The notes under the pieces: generated by a model | Database searches by the model: none | Told to the model about the DNA's origin: nothing | Seen by the model: only the letters and a program-made list of their open reading frames with translations | Part shown: in pieces, positions 8,901-23,900 of the stretch | Position numbering within the stretch: position 1 is the first letter of the stretch | Layout: each line of letters begins with the position of its first letter | Made by a program: the position numbers and the translations under genes | From: Eledone cirrhosa | Lineage: Eukaryota | Direction of reading: 5' to 3' | DNA: 64,000 nt | NCBI GenBank assembly: GCA_964016885.1 | Contig: OZ024754.1 | Location: 25,668,001 to 25,732,000, forward strand

Positions 8901-11900
8901 TCTGCTGTCCGCCTCTCCTGAGAGTTTCTTCTCAGACAACCTGCTGCTGTCCAGCTCTCCCTGAGAGTTTCTTCTCAGACGACCTTCTGCTGTCCACCTC
9001 TCCTGAGAGTTTCTTCTCAGACAACCTTCTGCTGTCCACCTCTCCTGAGAGTTTCTTCTCAGACGACCTTCTGCTGTCCAGCTCTCCTGAGAGTTTCTTC
9101 TCAGACGACCTTCTGCTGTCCACCTCTCCTGAGAGTTTCTTCTCAGACAACCTTCTGCTGTCCACCTCTCTCTGAGAGATTCTTCTCAGACAACCTGTGG
9201 CTGTCCAGCTCTCCCTGAGAGTTTCTTCTCAGACGACCTTCTGCTGTCCAGCTCTCCTGGCAGTTTCTTCTCAGACAATCTTCTGCTGTCCAGCTGTCCT
9301 AAAAGTTTCTTCTCAGACAACCTTCTGCTGTCCACCTCTCCTGAGAGTTTCTTCTCAGACAACCTTCTGCTGTCCAGATGTCCTGAGAGTTTCTTCTCAG
9401 ACGACCTTCTGCTGTCCAGCTCTCCTGAGAGTTTCTTCTCAGACAACCTTCTGCTGTCCAGCTCTCCTGAGAGTTTCTTCTCAGACAACCTGCTGCTGTC
9501 CACCTCTCCTGAGAGTTTCTTCTCAGACGACCTTCTGCTGTCCAGCTCTCCTGAGAGTTTCTTCTCAGACAACCTTCTGCTGTCCAACTCTCCTGAGAGT
9601 TTCTTCTCAGACAACCTTCTGCTGTCGAGCTCTCCTGAGAGTTTCTTCTCAGACAACCTGCTGCTGTCCACCTCTCCTGAGAATTTCTTCTCAGACAACC
9701 TGTTGCTGTCCACCTCTCCTGAGAGTTTCTTCACAGACAAGCTGTTGCTGTCCAGCTCTCCCTGAGAGATTCTTCTCAGACGACCTTCTGCTGTTCACCT
9801 GTCCTGAGAGTTTCTTCTCAGACAACCTGCCGCTGTCCACCTCTCCTGAGAGTTTCTTCTCAGACAACCTGCTGCTGTCCACCTCTCCTGAGAGTTTCTT
9901 CTCAGACAACCTTCTGCTGTCCACCTCTCCTGAGAGTTTCTTCTCAGACAACCTTCTGCTGTCCAGCTCTCCTGAGAGTTTCTTCTCAGACAACCTGCTG
10001 CTGTCCAGCTCTCGTGAGAGTTTCTTCTCGGACAACCTTCTGCTCTCCACCTCTCCTGAGAGTTTCCTCTCAGACAAGCTGTTGCTGTCCAGCACTCCCT
10101 GAGAGATTCTTCTCAGACGACCTTCTGCTGTCCACCTGTCCTGAGAGTTTCTTCTCAGACAACCTGCCGCTGTCCACCTCTCCTGAGAGTTTCTTCTCAG
10201 ACAACCTTCTGCTGTCCGCCTCTCCTGAGAGTTTCTTCTCAGACAACCTGCTGCTGTCCAGCTCTCCCTGAGAGTTTCTTCTCAGACGACCTTCTGCTGT
10301 CCACCTCTCCTGAGAGTTTCTTCTCAGACAACCTTCTGCTGTCCACCTCACCTGAGAGTTTCTTCTCAGACGACCTTCTGCTGTCCAGCTCTCCTGAGAG
10401 TTTCTTCTCAGACGACCTTCTGCTGTCCACCTCTCCTGAGAGTTTCTTCTCAGACAACCTTCTGCTGTCCACCTCTCTCTGAGAGATTCTTCTCAGACAA
10501 CCTGTGGCTGTCCAGCTCTCCCTGAGAGTTTCTTCTCAGACGACCTTCTGCTGTCCAGCTCTCCTGGCAGTTTCTTCTCAGACAATCTTCTGCTGTCCAG
10601 CTGTCCTAAAAGTTTCTTCTCAGACAACCTTCTGCGGTCCACCTCTCCTGAGAGTTTCTTCTCAGACAACCTTCTGCTGTCCAGATGTCCTGAGAGTTTC
10701 TTCTCAGACGACCTTCTGCTGTCCAGCTCTCCTGAGAGTTTCTTCTCATACAAACTTCTGCTGTCCAGCTCTCCTGAGAGTTTCTTCTCAGACAACCTGC
10801 TGCTGTCCACCTCTCCTGAGAGTTTCTTCTCAGACAACCTGCTGCTGTCCACCTCTCCTGAGAGTTTCTTCTCAGACGACCTTCTGCTGTCCAGCTCTCC
10901 TGAGAGTTTCTTCTCAGACAACCTTCTGCTGTCCAGCTCTCCTGAGAGTTTCTTCTCAGACAACCTGTTGCTGTCCAGCTCTCCTGAGAGTTTCTTCTCA
11001 GACAACCTGCTGCTGTCCACCTCTCCTGAGAATTTCTTCTCAGACAACCTGTTGCTGTCCACCTCTCCTGAGAGTTTCTTCACAGACAAGCTGTTGCTGT
11101 CCAGCTCTCCCTGAGAGATTCTTCTCAGACGACCTTCTGCTGTTCACCTGTCCTGAGAGTTTCTTCTCAGACAACCTGCCGCTGTCCACCTCTCCTGAGA
11201 GTTTCTTCTCAGACAACCTGCTGCTGTCCACCTCTCCTGAGAGTTTCTTCTCAGACAACCTTCTGCTGTCCACCTCTCCTGAGAGTTTCTTCTCAGACAA
11301 CCTTCTGCTGTCCAGCTCTCCTGAGAGTTTCTTCTCAGACAACCTGCTGCTGTCCAGCTCTCGTGAGAGTTTCTTCTCGGACAACCTTCTGCTCTCCACC
11401 TCTACTGAGAGTTTCCTCTCAGACAAGCTGTTGCTGTCCAGCACTCCCTGAGAGATTCTTCTCAGACGACCTTCTGCTGTCCACCTGTCCTGAGAGTTTC
11501 TTCTCAGACAACCTGCCGCTGTCCACCTCTCCTGAGAGTTTCTTCTCAGACAACCTTCTGCTGTCCGCCTCTCCTGAGAGTTTCTTCTCAGACAACCTGC
11601 TGCTGTCCAGCTCTCCCTGAGAGTTTCTTCTCAGACGACCTTCTGCTGTCCACCTCTCCTGAGAGTTTCTTCTCAGACAACCTTCTGCTGTCCACCTCTC
11701 CTGAGAGTTTCTTCTCAGACGACCTTCTGCTGTCCAGCTCTCCTGAGAGTTTCTTCTCAGACGACCTTCTGCTGTCCACCTCTCCTGAGAGTTTCTTCTC
11801 AGACAACCTTCTGCTGTCCACCTCTCTCTGAGAGATTCTTCTCAGACAACCTGTGGCTGTCCAGCTCTCCCTGAGAGTTTCTTCTCAGACGACCTTCTGC

Positions 11901-14900
11901 TGTCCAGCTCTCCTGGCAGTTTCTTCTCAGACAATCTTCTGCTGTCCAGCTGTCCTAAAAGTTTCTTCTCAGACAACCTTCTGCGGTCCACCTCTCCTGA
12001 GAGTTTCTTCTCAGACAACCTTCTGCTGTCCAGATGTCCTGAGAGTTTCTTCTCAGACGACCTTCTGCTGTCCAGCTCTCCTGAGAGTTTCTTCTCAGAC
12101 AAACTTCTGCTGTCCAGCTCTCCTGAGAGTTTCTTCTCAGACAACCTGCTGCTGTCCACCTCTCCTGAGAGTTTCTTCTCAGACAACCTGCTGCTGTCCA
12201 CCTCTCCTGAGAGTTTCTTCTCAGACGACCTTCTGCTGTCCAGCTCTCCTGAGAGTTTCTTCTCAGACAACCTTCTGCTGTCCAGCTCTCCTGAGAGTTT
12301 CTTCTCAGACAACCTGTTGCTGTCCAGCTCTCCTGAGAGTTTCTTCTCAGACAACCTGCTGCTGTCCACCTCTCCTGAGAATTTCTTCTCAGACAACCTG
12401 TTGCTGTCCACCTCTCCTGAGAGTTTCTTCACAGACAAGCTGTTGCTGTCCAGCTCTCCCTGAGAGATTCTTCTCAGACGACCTTCTGCTGTTCACCTGT
12501 CCTGAGAGTTTCTTCTCAGACAACCTGCCGCTGTCCACCTCTCCTGAGAGTTTCTTCTCAGACAACCTGCTGCTGTCCACCTCTCCTGAGAGTTTCTTCT
12601 CAGACAACCTTCTGCTGTCCACCTCTCCTGAGAGTTTCTTCTCAGACAACCTTCTGCTGTCCAGCTCTCCTGAGAGTTTCTTCTCAGACAACCTTCTGCT
12701 GTCCAGCTCTCTTGAGAGTTTCTTCTCGGACAACCTTCTGCTCTCCACCTCTCCTGAGAGTTTCCTCTCAGACAAGCTGTTGCTGTCCAGCACTCCCTGA
12801 GAGATTCTTCTCAGACGACCTTCTGCTGTCCACCTGTCCTGAGAGTTTCTTCTCAGACAACCTGCCGCTGTCCACCTCTCCTGAGAGTTTCTTCTCAGAC
12901 AACCTTCTGCTGTCCAGCTCTCCTGAGAGTTTCTTCTCAGACAACCTTCTGCTGTCCAGCTCTCCTGAGAGTTTCTTCTCAGACAACCTGCTGCTGTCCA
13001 CCTCTCCTGAGAGTTTCTTCTCAGACAACCTTCTTCTGTCCACCTCTCCTGAGAGTTTCTTCTCAGACAACCTGTTGCTGTCCAGCTCTCCCTGAGAGTT
13101 TCTTCTCAGACAACCTGCTGCTGTGCACCTGTCCTGAGAGTTTCTTGTCAGACAACCTGCTGCTGTCCACCTCTCCTGAGAGTTTCTTCTCAGGCAACCT
13201 GTTGCTGTCCACCTCTCCCTGAGAGTTTCTTCTCAGACAACCTGCTGCTGTCCACCACTCCTGAGAGTTTCTTCTCACACGACCTACTGCTGTTCAGCTC
13301 TCCCTGAGAGTTTCTTCTCAAACAACCTTCTGCTGTCAACCTCTACTGAGAGTTTCTTCTCAGACAACCTTCTGCTGTCCTGCTCTCCTGAGAGTTTCTT
13401 CTCAGACAACCTGTTGCTGTCCAGCTCTCCTGAGAGTTTCTTCCCAGACAACCTTATGCTGTCCACCTCTCCTGAGAGTTTCTTCTCAGACGACCTTCTG
13501 CTGTCCACCTCTCCTGAGAGTTTCTTCTCAGACAACCTTCTGCTGTCCAGCTCTCCTGAGAGTTTCTTCTCAGACAAGCTTCTGCTGTCCACCTCCCCTG
13601 AGAGTTTCTTCTCAGACGACCTTCTGCTGTCCAGCTCTCCCTGAGAGTCTCTTCTAAGACAACCTGCTGCTGTCCACCTCTCCTGAGAGTTTCTTCTCAG
13701 ACAACATTCTGCTATCCACCTCTCCGGAGTGTTTCTTCTCAGACAACCTTCTGCTGTCCAGCTCTCCTGAGAGTTTCTCCTCAGACAACCTTCTGCTGTC
13801 CACCTCTCCTGAGAGTTTCTTCTCAGACGACATTCTGCTGTCCAGCTCTCCTGAGAGTTTCTTCTCAGACAACCTGCTGCTGTCCACCTCTCCTGAGAGT
13901 TTCTTCTCAGACAACCTGCTGCTGTCCAGCTCTCTTGAGAGATTCTTCTCGGACAACCTTCTGCTCTCCACCTCTCCTGAGAGTTTCCTCTCAGACAAGC
14001 TGTTGCTGTCCAGCACTCCCTGAGAGATTCTTCTCAGACGACCTTCTGCTGTCCACCTGTCCTGAGAGTTTCTTCTCAGACAACCTGCCGCTGTCCACCT
14101 CTCCTGAGAGTTTCTTCTCAGACAACCTTCTGCTGTCCGCCTCTCCTGAGAGTTTCTTCTCAGACAACCTGCTGCTGTCCAGCTCTCCCTGAGAGTTTCT
14201 TCTCAGACGACCTTCTGCTGTCCACCTCTCCTGAGAGTTTCTTCTCAGACAACCTTCTGCTGTCCACCTCTCCTGAGAGTTTCTTCTCAGACGACCTTCT
14301 GCTGTCCAGCTCTCCTGAGTGTTTCTTCTCAGACGACCTTCTGCTGTCCACCTCTCCTGAGAGTTTCTTCTCAGACAACCTTCTGCTGTCCACCTCTCTC
14401 TGAGAGATTCTTCTCAGACAACCTGTGGCTGTCCAGCTCTCCCTGAGAGTTTCTTCTCAGACGACCTTCTGCTGTCCAGCTCTCCTGGCAGTTTCTTCTC
14501 AGACAATCTTCTGCTGTCCAGCTGTCCTAAAAGTTTCTTCTCAGACAACCTTCTGCTGTCCACCTCTCCTGAGAGTTTCTTCTCAGACAACCTTCTGCTG
14601 TCCAGATGTCCTGAGAGTTTCTTCTCAGACGACCTTCTGCTGTCCAGCTCTCCTGAGAGTTTCTTCTCAGACAACCTTCTGCTGTCCAGCTCTCCTGAGA
14701 GTTTCTTCTCAGACAACCTGCTGCTGTCCACCTCTCCTGAGAGTTTCTTCTCAGACAACCTGCTGCTGTCCACCTCTCCTGAGAGTTTCTTCTCAGACGA
14801 CCTTCTGCTGTCCAGCTCTCCTGAGAGTTTCTTCTCAGACAACCTTCTGCTGTCCAGCTCTCCTGAGAATTTCTTCTCAGACAACCTGTTGCTGTCCAGC

Positions 14901-17900
14901 TCTCCTGAGAGTTTCTTCTCAGACAACCTGCTGCTGTCCACCTCTCCTGAGAATTTCTTCTCAGACAACCTGTTGCTGTCCACCTCTCCTGAGAGTTTCT
15001 TCACAGACAAGCTGTTGCAGTCCAGCTCTCCCTGAGAGATTCTTCTCAGACGACCTTCTGCTGTTCACCTGTCCTGAGAGTTTCTTCTCAGACAACCTGC
15101 CACTGTCCACCTCTCCTGAGAGTTTCTTCTCAGACAACCTTCTGCTGTCCACCTCTCCTGAGAGTTTCTTCTCAGACAACCTTCTGCTGTCCAGCTCTCC
15201 TGAGAGTTTCTTCTCAGACAACCTTCTGCTCTCCACCTCTCCTGAGAGTTTCCTCTCAGACAAGCTGTTGCTGTCCAGCACTCCCTGAGAGATTCTTCTC
15301 AGACGACCTTCTGCTGTCCACCTGTCCTGAGAGTTTCTTCTCAGACAACCTGCCGCTGTCCACCTCTCCTGAGAGTTTCTTCTCAGACAACCTTCTGCTG
15401 TCCAGCTCTCCTGAGAGTTTCTTCTCAGACAACCTTCTGCTGTCCAGCTCTCCTGAGAGTTTCTTCTCAGACAACCTGCTGCTGTCCACCTCTCCTGAGA
15501 GTTTCTTCTCAGACAACCTTCTTCTGTCCACCTCTCCTGAGAGTTTCTTCTCAGACAACCTGTTGCTGTCCAGCTCTCCCTGAGAGTTTCTTCTCAGACA
15601 ACCTGCTGCTGTGCACCTCTCCTGAGAGTTTCTTGTCAGACAACCTGCTGCTGTCCACCTCTCCTGAGAGTTTTTTCTCAGGCAACCTGTTGCTGTCCAC
15701 CTCTCCCTGAGAGTTTCTTCTCAGACAACCTGCTGCCTTCCATCTCTCCTGAGAGTTTCTTCTCAGACAACCTGCTGCTGTCCACCTCTCCTGAGAGTTT
15801 CTTCTCACACGACCTGCTGCTGTTCAGCTCTCCCTGAGAGTTTCTTCTCAAACAACCTTCTGCTGTCAACCTCTCCTGAGAGTTTCTTCTCAGACAACCT
15901 TCTGCTGTCCAGCTCTCCTGAGAGTTTCTTCTCAGACAACCTGTTGCTGTCCAGCTCTCCTGAGAGTTTCTTCCCAGACAACCTTATGCTGTCCACCTCT
16001 CCTGAGAGTTTCTTCTCAGACGACCTTCTGCTGTCCACCTCTCCTGAGAGTTTCTTCTCAGACAACCTTCTGCTGTCCAGCTCTCCTGAGAGTTTCTTCT
16101 CAGACAAGCTTCTGCTGTCCACCTCCCCTGAGAGTTTCTTCTCAGACGACCTTCTGCTGTCCAGCTCTCCCTGAGAGTCTCTTCTAAGACAACCTGCTGC
16201 TGTCCACCTCTCCTGAGAGTTTCTTCTCAGACAACATTCTGCTATCCATCTCTCCGGAGAGTTTCTTCTCAGACAACCTTCTGCTGTCCAGCTCTCCTGA
16301 GAGTTTCTCCTCAGACAACCTTCTGCTGTCCACCTCTCCTGAGAGTTTCTTCTCAGACGACATTCTGCTGTCCAGCTCTCCTGAGAGTTTCTTCTCGGAC
16401 AAACTGCTGCTGTCCACCTCTCCTGAGAGTTTCTTCTCAGACAACCTGCTGCTGTCCACCTCTCCTGAGAGTTTCTTCTCAGACGACCTTCTGCTGTCCA
16501 GCTCTCCTGAGAGTTTCTTCTCAGACAACCTGCTGCTGTCCACCTCTCCTGAGAGTTTCTTCTCAGACAACCTTCTGCTGTCCAGCTCTCCCTGAGAGTT
16601 TCTTCTTAGACAACCTTCTGCTGTCCAGCTCTCACTGAGAGTTTCTTCTCAGACGACCTTCTGCTGTCCAGCTCTCCTGAGAGTTTCTTCTCAGACGACC
16701 TTCTGTGTCCGCCTCTCCTGAGAGTTTCTTCTCAGACAACCTGCTGCTGTCCAGCTCTCCCTGAGAGTTTCTTCTCAGACGACCTTCTGCTGTCCACCTC
16801 TCCTGAGAGTTTCTTCTCAGACAACCTTCTGCTGTCCACCTCTCCTGAGAGTTTCTTCTCAGACGACCTTCTGCTGTCCAGCTCTCCTGAGAGTTTCTTC
16901 TCAGACGACCTTCTGCTGTCCACCTCTCCTGAGAGTTTCTTCTCAGACAACTTTCTGCTGTCCACCTCTCTCTGAGAGATTCATCTCAGACAACCTGTGG
17001 CTGTCCAGCTCTCCCTGAGAGTTTCTTCTCAGACGACATTCTGCTGTCCATCACTCCTGGCAGTTTCTTCTCAGACAATCTTCTGCTGTCCAGCTGTCCT
17101 AAAAGTTTCTTCTCAGACAACCTTCTGCTGTCCACCTCTCCTGAGAGTTTCTTCTCAGACAACCTTCTGCTGTCCAGATCTCCTGAGAGTTTCTTCTCAG
17201 ACGACCTTCTGCTGTCCAGCTCTCCTGAGAGTTTCTTCTCAGACAACCTTCTGCTGTCCAGCTCTCCTGAGAGTTTCTTCTCAGACAACCTGCTGCTGTC
17301 CACCTCTCCTGAGAGTTTCTTCTCAGACAACCTGCTGCTGTCCACCTCTCCTGAGAGTTTCTTCTCAGACGACCTTCTGCTGTCCAGCTCTCCTGAGAGT
17401 TTCTTCTCAGACAACCTTCTGCTGTCCAGCTCTCCTGAGAGTTTCTTCTCAGACAACATTCTGCTGTCCAGCTCTCCTGAGAGTTTCTTCTCAGACAACC
17501 TGCTGCTGTCCACCTCTCCTGAGAATTTCTTCTCAGACAACCTGTTGCTGTCCACCTCTCCTGAGAGTTTCTTCTCAGACAAGCTGTTGCTGTCCAGCTC
17601 TCCCTGAGAGATTCTTCTCAGACGACCATCTGCTGTTCACCTGTCCTGAGAGTTTCTTCTCAGACAACCTGCTGCTGTCCACCTCTCCTGAGAGTTTCTT
17701 CTCAGACGACATTCTGCTGTCCAGCTCTCCTGAGAGTTTCTTCTCAGACAACCTTCTGCTGTCCAGCTCTCCTGAGAGTTTCTTCTCAGACAACCTGCTG
17801 CTGTCCACCTCTCCTGAGAGTTTCTTCTCAGACAACCTGCTGCTGTCCACCTCTCCTGAGAGTTTCTTCTCAGACGACCTTATGCTGTCCAGCTCTCCTG

Positions 17901-20900
17901 AGAGTTTCTTCTCAGACAACCTTCTGCTGTCCAGCTCTCCTGAGAGTTTCTTCTCAGACAACCTGCTGCTGTCCAGCTCTCCTGAGAGTTTCTTCTCAGA
18001 CAACCTGCTGCTGTCCACCTCTCCTGAGAATTTCTTCTCAGACAACCTGTTGCTGTCCACCTCTCCTGAGAGTTTCTTCACAGACAAGCTGTTGCTGTCC
18101 AGCTCTCCCTCAGAGATTCTTCTCAGACGACCTTCTGCTGTTCACCTGTCCTGAGAGTTTCTTCTAAGACAACCTGCCGCTGTCCACCTCTCCTGAGAGT
18201 TTCTTCTCAGACAACCTGCTGCTGTCCACCTCTCCTGAGAGTTTCTTCTCAGACAACCTTCTGCTGTCCACCTCTCCTGAGAGTTTCTTCTCAGACAACC
18301 TTCTGCTGTCCAGCTCTCCTGAGAGTTTCTTCTCAGACAACCTGCTGCTGTCCAGCTCTCTTGAGAGTTTCTTCTCGGACAACCTTCTGCTCTCCACCTC
18401 TCCTGAGAGTTTCCACTCAGACAAGCTGTTGCTGTCCAGCACTCCCTGAGAGATTCTTCTCAGACGACCTTCTGCTGTCCACCTGTCCTGAGAGTTTCTT
18501 CTCAGACAACCTGCCGCTGTCCACCTCTCCTGAGAGTTTCTTCTCAGACAACCTTCTGCTGTCCAGCTCTCCTGAGAGTTTCTTCTCAGACAACCTGCTG
18601 CTGTCCACCTCTCCTGAGAGTTTCTTCTCAGACAACCTTCTTCTGTCCACCTCTCCTGAGAGTTTCTTCTCAGACAACCTGTTGCTGTCCAGCTCTCCCT
18701 GAGAGTTTCTTCTCAGACAACCTGCTGCTGTGCACCTCTCCTGAGAGTTTCTTGTCAGACAACCTGCTGCTGTCCACCTCTCCTGAGAGTTTCTTCTCAG
18801 GCAACCTGTTGCTGTCCACCTCTCCCTGAGAGTTTCTTCTCAGACAACCTGCTGCCTTCCATCTCTCCTGAGAGTTTCTTCACAGACAACCTGCTGCTGT
18901 CCACCTCTCCTGAGAGTTTCTTCTCACACGACCTACTGCTGTTCAGCTCTCCCTGAGAGTTTCTTCTCAAACAACCTTCTGCTGTCAACCTCTCCTGAGA
19001 GTTTCTTCTCAGACAACCTTCTGCTGTCCAGCTCTCCTGAGAGTTTCTTCTCAGACAACCTGTTGCTGTCCAGCTCTCCTGAGAGTTTCTTCCCAGACAA
19101 ACTGCTGCTGTCCACCTCTCCTGAGAGTTTCTTCTCAGACGACCTTCTGCTGTCCACCTCTCCTGAGAGTTTCTTCTCAGACAACCTTCTGCTGTCCAGC
19201 TCTCCTGAGAGTTTCTTCTCAGACAAGCTTCTGCTGTCCACCTCCACTGAGAGTTTCTTCTCAGACGACCTGCCGCTGTCCAGCTCTCCCTGAGAGTCTC
19301 TTCTAAGACAACCTGCTGCTGTCCACCTCTCCTGAGAGTTTCTTCTCAGACAACATTCTGCTATCCACCTCTCCGGAGAGTTTCTTCTCAGACAACCTTC
19401 TGCTGTCCAGCTCTCCTGAGAGTTTCTCCTCAGACAATCTTCTGCTGTCCACCTCTCCTGAGAGTTTCTTCTCAGACGACATTCTGCTGTCCAGCTCTCC
19501 TGAGAGTTTCTTCTCGGACAAACTGCTGCTGTCCACCTCTCCTGAGAGTTTCTTCTCAGACAACCTGCTGCTGTCCACCTCTCCTGAGAGTTTCTTCTCA
19601 GACGAACTTCTGCTGTCCAGCTCTCCTGAGAGTTTCTTCTCAGACAACCTGCTGCTGTCCACCTCTCCTGAGAGTTTCTTCTCAGACAACCTTCTGCTGT
19701 CCAGCTCTCCCTGAGAGTTTCTTCTTAGACAACCTTCTGCTGTCCAGCTCTCACTGAGAGTTTCTTCTCAGACGACCTTCTGCTGTCCAGCTCTCCTGAG
19801 AGTTTCTTCTCAGACGACCTTCTGTGTCTGCCTCTCCTGAGAGTTTCTTCTCAGACAACCTTCTGCTGTCCACCTCTCTCTGAGAGATTCTTCTCAGACA
19901 ACCTGTGGCTGTCCAGCTCTCCCTGAGAGTTTCTTCTCAGACGACCTTCTGCTGTCCAGCTCTCCTGGCAGTTTCTTCTCAGACAATCTTCTGCTGTCCA
20001 GCTGTCCTAAAAGTTTCTTCTCAGACAACCTTCTGCTGTCCACCTCTCCTGAGAGTTTCTTCTCAGACAACCTTCTGCTGTCCAGATGTCCTGAGAGTTT
20101 CTTCTCAGACGACCTTCTGCTGTCCACCTCTCCTGAGAGTTTCTTCTCAGACAACCTTCTGCTGTCCAGCTCTCCTGAGAGTTTCTTCTCAGACAACCTG
20201 CCGCTGTCCACCTCTCCTGAGAGTTTCTTCTCAGACAACCTGCTGCTGTCCACCTCTCCTGAGAGTTTCTTCTCAGACAACCTTCTGCTGTCCACCTCTC
20301 CTGAGAGTTTCTTCTCAGACAACCTTCTGCTGTCCAGCTCTCCTGAGAGTTTCTTCTCAGACAACCTGCTGCTATCCAGCTCTCTTGAGAGTTTCTTCTC
20401 GGACAACCTTCTGCTCTCCACCTCTCCTGAGAGTTTCCTCTCAGACAAGCTGTTGCTGTCCAGCACTCCCTGAGAGATTCTTCTCAGACGACCTTCTGCT
20501 GTCCACCTGTCCTGAGAGTTTCTTCTCAGACAACCTGCCGCTGTCCACCTCTCCTGAGAGTTTCTTCTCAGACAACCTTCTGCTGTCCAGCTCTCCTGAG
20601 AGTTTCTTCTCAGACAACCTGCTGCTGTGCACCTCTCCTGAGAGTTTCTTGTCAGACAACCTGCTGCTGTCCACCTCTCCTGAGAGTTTATTCTCAGGCA
20701 ACCTGTTGCTGTCCACCTCTCCCTGAGAGTTTCTTCTCAGACAACCTGCTGCCTTCCATCTCTCCTGAGAGTTTCTTCTCAGACAACCTGCTGCTGTCCA
20801 CCTCTCCTGAGAGTTTCTTCTCACACGACCTGCTGCTGTTCAGCTCTCCCTGAGAGTTTCTTCTCAAACAACCTTCTGCTGTCAACCTCTCCTGAGAGTT

Positions 20901-23900
20901 TCTTCTCAGACAACCTTCTGCTGTCCAGCTCTCCTGAGAGTTTCTTCTCAGACAACCTGTTGCTGTCCAGCTCTCCTGAGAGTTTCTTCCCAGACAACCT
21001 TATGCTGTCCACCTCTCCTGAGAGTTTCTTCTCAGACGACCTTCTGCTGTCCACCTCTCCTGAGAGTTTCTTCTCAGACAACCTTCTGCTGTCCAGCTCT
21101 CCTGAGAGTTTCTTCTCAGACAAGCTTCTGCTGTCCACCTCCCCTGAGAGTTTCTTCTCAGACGACCTTCTGCTGTCCAGCTCTCCCTGAGAGTCTCTTC
21201 TAAGACAACCTGCTGCTGTCCACCTCTCCTGAGAGTTTCTTCTCAGACAACATTCTGCTATCCACCTCTCCGGAGAGTTTCTTCTCAGACAACCTTCTGC
21301 TGTCCAGCTCTCCTGAGAGTTTCTCCTCAGACAACCTTCTGCTGTCCACCTCTCCTGAGAGTTTCTTCTCAGACGACATTCTGCTGTCCAGCTCTCCCTG
21401 AGAGTCTCTTCTAAGACAACCTGCTGATGTCCACCTCTCCTGAGAGTTTCTTCTCGGACAAACTGCTGCTGTCCACCTCTCCTGAGAGTTTCTTCTCAGA
21501 CAACCTGCTGCTGTCCACCTCTCCTGAGAGTTTCTTCTCAGACAACCTTCTGCTGTCCAGCTCTCCCTGAGAGTTTCTTCTTAGACAACCTTCTGCTGTC
21601 CAGCTCTCACTGAGAGTTTCTTCTCAGACGACCTTCTGCTGTCCAGCTCTCCTGAGAGTTTCTTCTCAGACGACCTTCTGTGTCCGCCTCTCCTGAGAGT
21701 TTCTTCTCAGACAACCTGCTGCTGTCCAGCTCTCCCTGAGAGTTTCTTCTCAGACGACCTTCTGCTGTCCACCTCTCCTGAGAGTTTCTTCTCAGACAAC
21801 CTTCTGCTGTCCACCTCTCCTGAGAGTTTCTTCTCAGACGACCTTCTGCTGTCCAGCTCTCCTGAGAGTTTCTTCTCAGACGACCTTCTGCTGTCCACCT
21901 CTCCTGAGAGTTTCTTCTCAGACAACCTTCTGCTGTCCACCTCTCTCTGAGAGATTCATCTCAGACAACCTGTGGCTGTCCAGCTCTCCCTGAGAGTTTC
22001 TTCTCAGACGACCTTCTGCTGTCCATCTCTCCTGGCAGTTTCTTCTCAGACAATCTTCTGCTGTCCAGCTGTCCTAAAAGTTTCTTCTCAGACAACCTTC
22101 TGCTGTCCACCTCTCCTGAGAGTTTCTTCTCAGACAACCTTCTGCTGTCCACCTCTCCTGAGAGTTTCTTCTCAGACAACCTTCTGCTGTCCACCTCTCC
22201 TGAGAGTTTCTTCTCAGACAACCTTCTGCTGTCCACCTCTCCTGAAAGTTTCTTCTCAGACAACCTTCTGCTGTCCACCTCTCCTGAGAGTTTCTTCTCA
22301 GACAACCTTCTGCTGTCCAGATCTACTGAGAGTTTCTTCTCAGACGACCTTCTGCTGTCCAGCTCTCCTGAGAGTTTCTTCTCAGACAACCTTCTGCTGT
22401 CCAGCTCTCCTGAGAGTTTCTCCTCAGACAACCTTCTGCTGTCCACCTCTCCTGAGAGTTTCTTCTCAGACGACATTCTGCTGTCCAGCTCTCCTGAGAG
22501 TTTCTTCTCGGACAAACTGCTGCTGTCCACCTCTCCTGAGAGTTTCTTCTCAGACAACCTGCTGCTGTCCACCTCTCCTTAGAGTTTCTTCTCAGACGAC
22601 CTTCTGTTGTCCAGCTCTCCTGAGAGTTTCTTCTCAGACAACCTGCTGCTGTCCACCTCTCCTGAGAGTTTCTTCTCAGACAACCTTCTGCTGTCCAGCT
22701 CTCCCTGAGAGTTTCTTCTTAGACAACCTTCTGCTGTCCAGCTCTCACTGAGAGTTTCTTCTCAGACGACCTTCTGCTGTCCAGCTCTCCTGAGAGTTTC
22801 TTCTCAGACGACCTTCTGTGTCTGCCTCTCCTGAGAGTTTCTTCTCAGACAACCTGCTGCTGTCCAGCTCTCCCTGAGAGTTTCTTCTCAGACGACCTTC
22901 TGCTGTCCACCTCTCCTGAGAGTTTCTTCTCAGACAACCTTCTGCTGTCCACCTCTCCTGAGAGTTTCTTCTCAGACGACCTTCTGCTGTCCAGCTCTCC
23001 TGAGAGTTTCTTCTCAGACGACCTTCTGCTGTCCACCTCTCCTGAGAGTTTCTTCTCACACGACCTGCTGCTGTTCAGCTCTCCCTGAGAGTTTCTTCTC
23101 AAACAACCTTCTGCTGTCAACCTCTCCTGAGAGTTTCTTCTCAGACAACCTTCTGCTGTCCAGCTCTCCTGAGAGTTTCTTCTCAGACAACCTGTTTCTG
23201 TCCAGCTCTCCTGAGAGTTTCTTCCCAGACAACCTTATGCTGTCCACCTCTCCTGAGAGTTTCTTCTCAGACGACCTTCTGCTGTCCACCTCTCCTGAGA
23301 GTTTCTTCTCAGACAACCTTCTGCTGTCCAGCTCTCCTGAGAGTTTCTTCTCAGACAAGCTTCTGCTGTCCACCTCCCCTGAGAGTTTCTTCTCAGACGA
23401 CCTTCTGCTGTCCAGCTCTCCCTGAGAGTCTCTTCTAAGACAACCTGCTGCTGTCCACCTCTCCTGAGAGTTTCTTCTCAGACAACATTCTGCTATCCAC
23501 CTCTCCGGAGAGTTTCTTCTCAGACAACCTTCTGCTGTCCAGCTCTCCTGAGAGTTTCTCCTCAGACAACCTTCTGCTGTCCACCTCTCCTGAGAGTTTC
23601 TTCTCAGACGACATTCTGCTGTCCAGCTCTCCCTGAGAGTCTCTTCTAAGACAACCTGCTGCTGTCCACCTCTCCTGAGAGTTTCTTCTCGGACAAACTG
23701 CTGCTGTCCACCTCTCCTGAGAGTTTCTTCTCAGACAACCTGCTGCTGTCCACCTCTCCTGAGAGTTTCTTCTCAGACAACCTTCTGCTGTCCAGCTCTC
23801 CCTGAGAGTTTCTTCTTAGACAACCTTCTGCTGTCCAGCTCTCACTGAGAGTTTCTTCTCAGACGACCTTCTGCTGTCCAGCTCTCCTGAGAGTTTCTTC

